Assembly: GCA_951406725.2 (NCBI GenBank)
Contig: OX597819.1
Coordinates: 82,894,001-82,958,000, forward strand
DNA: 64,000 bases
DNA from: Octopus vulgaris
Taxonomy: Eukaryota
Direction: 5' to 3'
The number at the start of each line of letters is the position of its first letter. Position 1 is the stretch's first letter. The position numbers and the translations under genes were made by a program. The notes below the pieces were generated by a model, which was not told the DNA's origin, ran no database searches, and saw only the letters and a program-made list of their open reading frames with translations. Positions 63,818 through 64,000 of the stretch are shown piece after piece.

Positions 63818-64000
63818 CAGTGCTTCTCAAACTATCTCATGTGGCGTACTGGCAGTTTTTTTCCCAGTGTGCCAGGGACCACTAATATTAATTTATACCA
63901 GAAAAGTTGACAATATTTATTTTGTAAACAAATAATACAATATTACATAAGCATTTTATGTTTCTTTTCTGGAAACTCGCTGCATACCGGCAGCTGATGT
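63818..64000 (+). mobile_element. Possible left end of a hAT-type (Charlie-like) element, cut by the window edge
   Basis: Begins cagtgcttctcaaact, a typical hAT-Charlie TIR start; the partner TIR is not visible. Confidence 0.4.

Overview
AT-rich, microsatellite-dense eukaryotic (animal) genomic DNA. The repeat landscape looks like an octopus/cephalopod genome (inference). The whole window lies inside one large + strand gene, an agrin orthologue. Seventeen phase-compatible coding exons (6737-59175, 2473 nt, about 824 codons, open at both ends) encode, in order: four follistatin/Kazal units with an SGSG glycosaminoglycan linker, a Lustrin/WR1-like Cys module, two laminin-EGF domains, a further Kazal unit, a Ser/Thr-rich segment, an EB/EGF-like module where vertebrate agrin has SEA, an EGF domain and most of LamG1. 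One intron needs a GC donor, and two acceptors are NAGNAG. The introns hold RTE, R4/Dong-like and CRE-like non-LTR fragments, two mariners, a hAT (Charlie/Buster-like) element, Helitron-like and TTAA MITE-like elements, SINEs and several long fold-backs. The most unusual object is a TSD-flanked fold-back element (31608-33110). Each of its arms pairs a tRNA-derived Pol III-type head with a minimal Penelope-type hammerhead ribozyme, and it was later interrupted by an RTE insertion. All calls come from reading the sequence by eye; no database searches were run.
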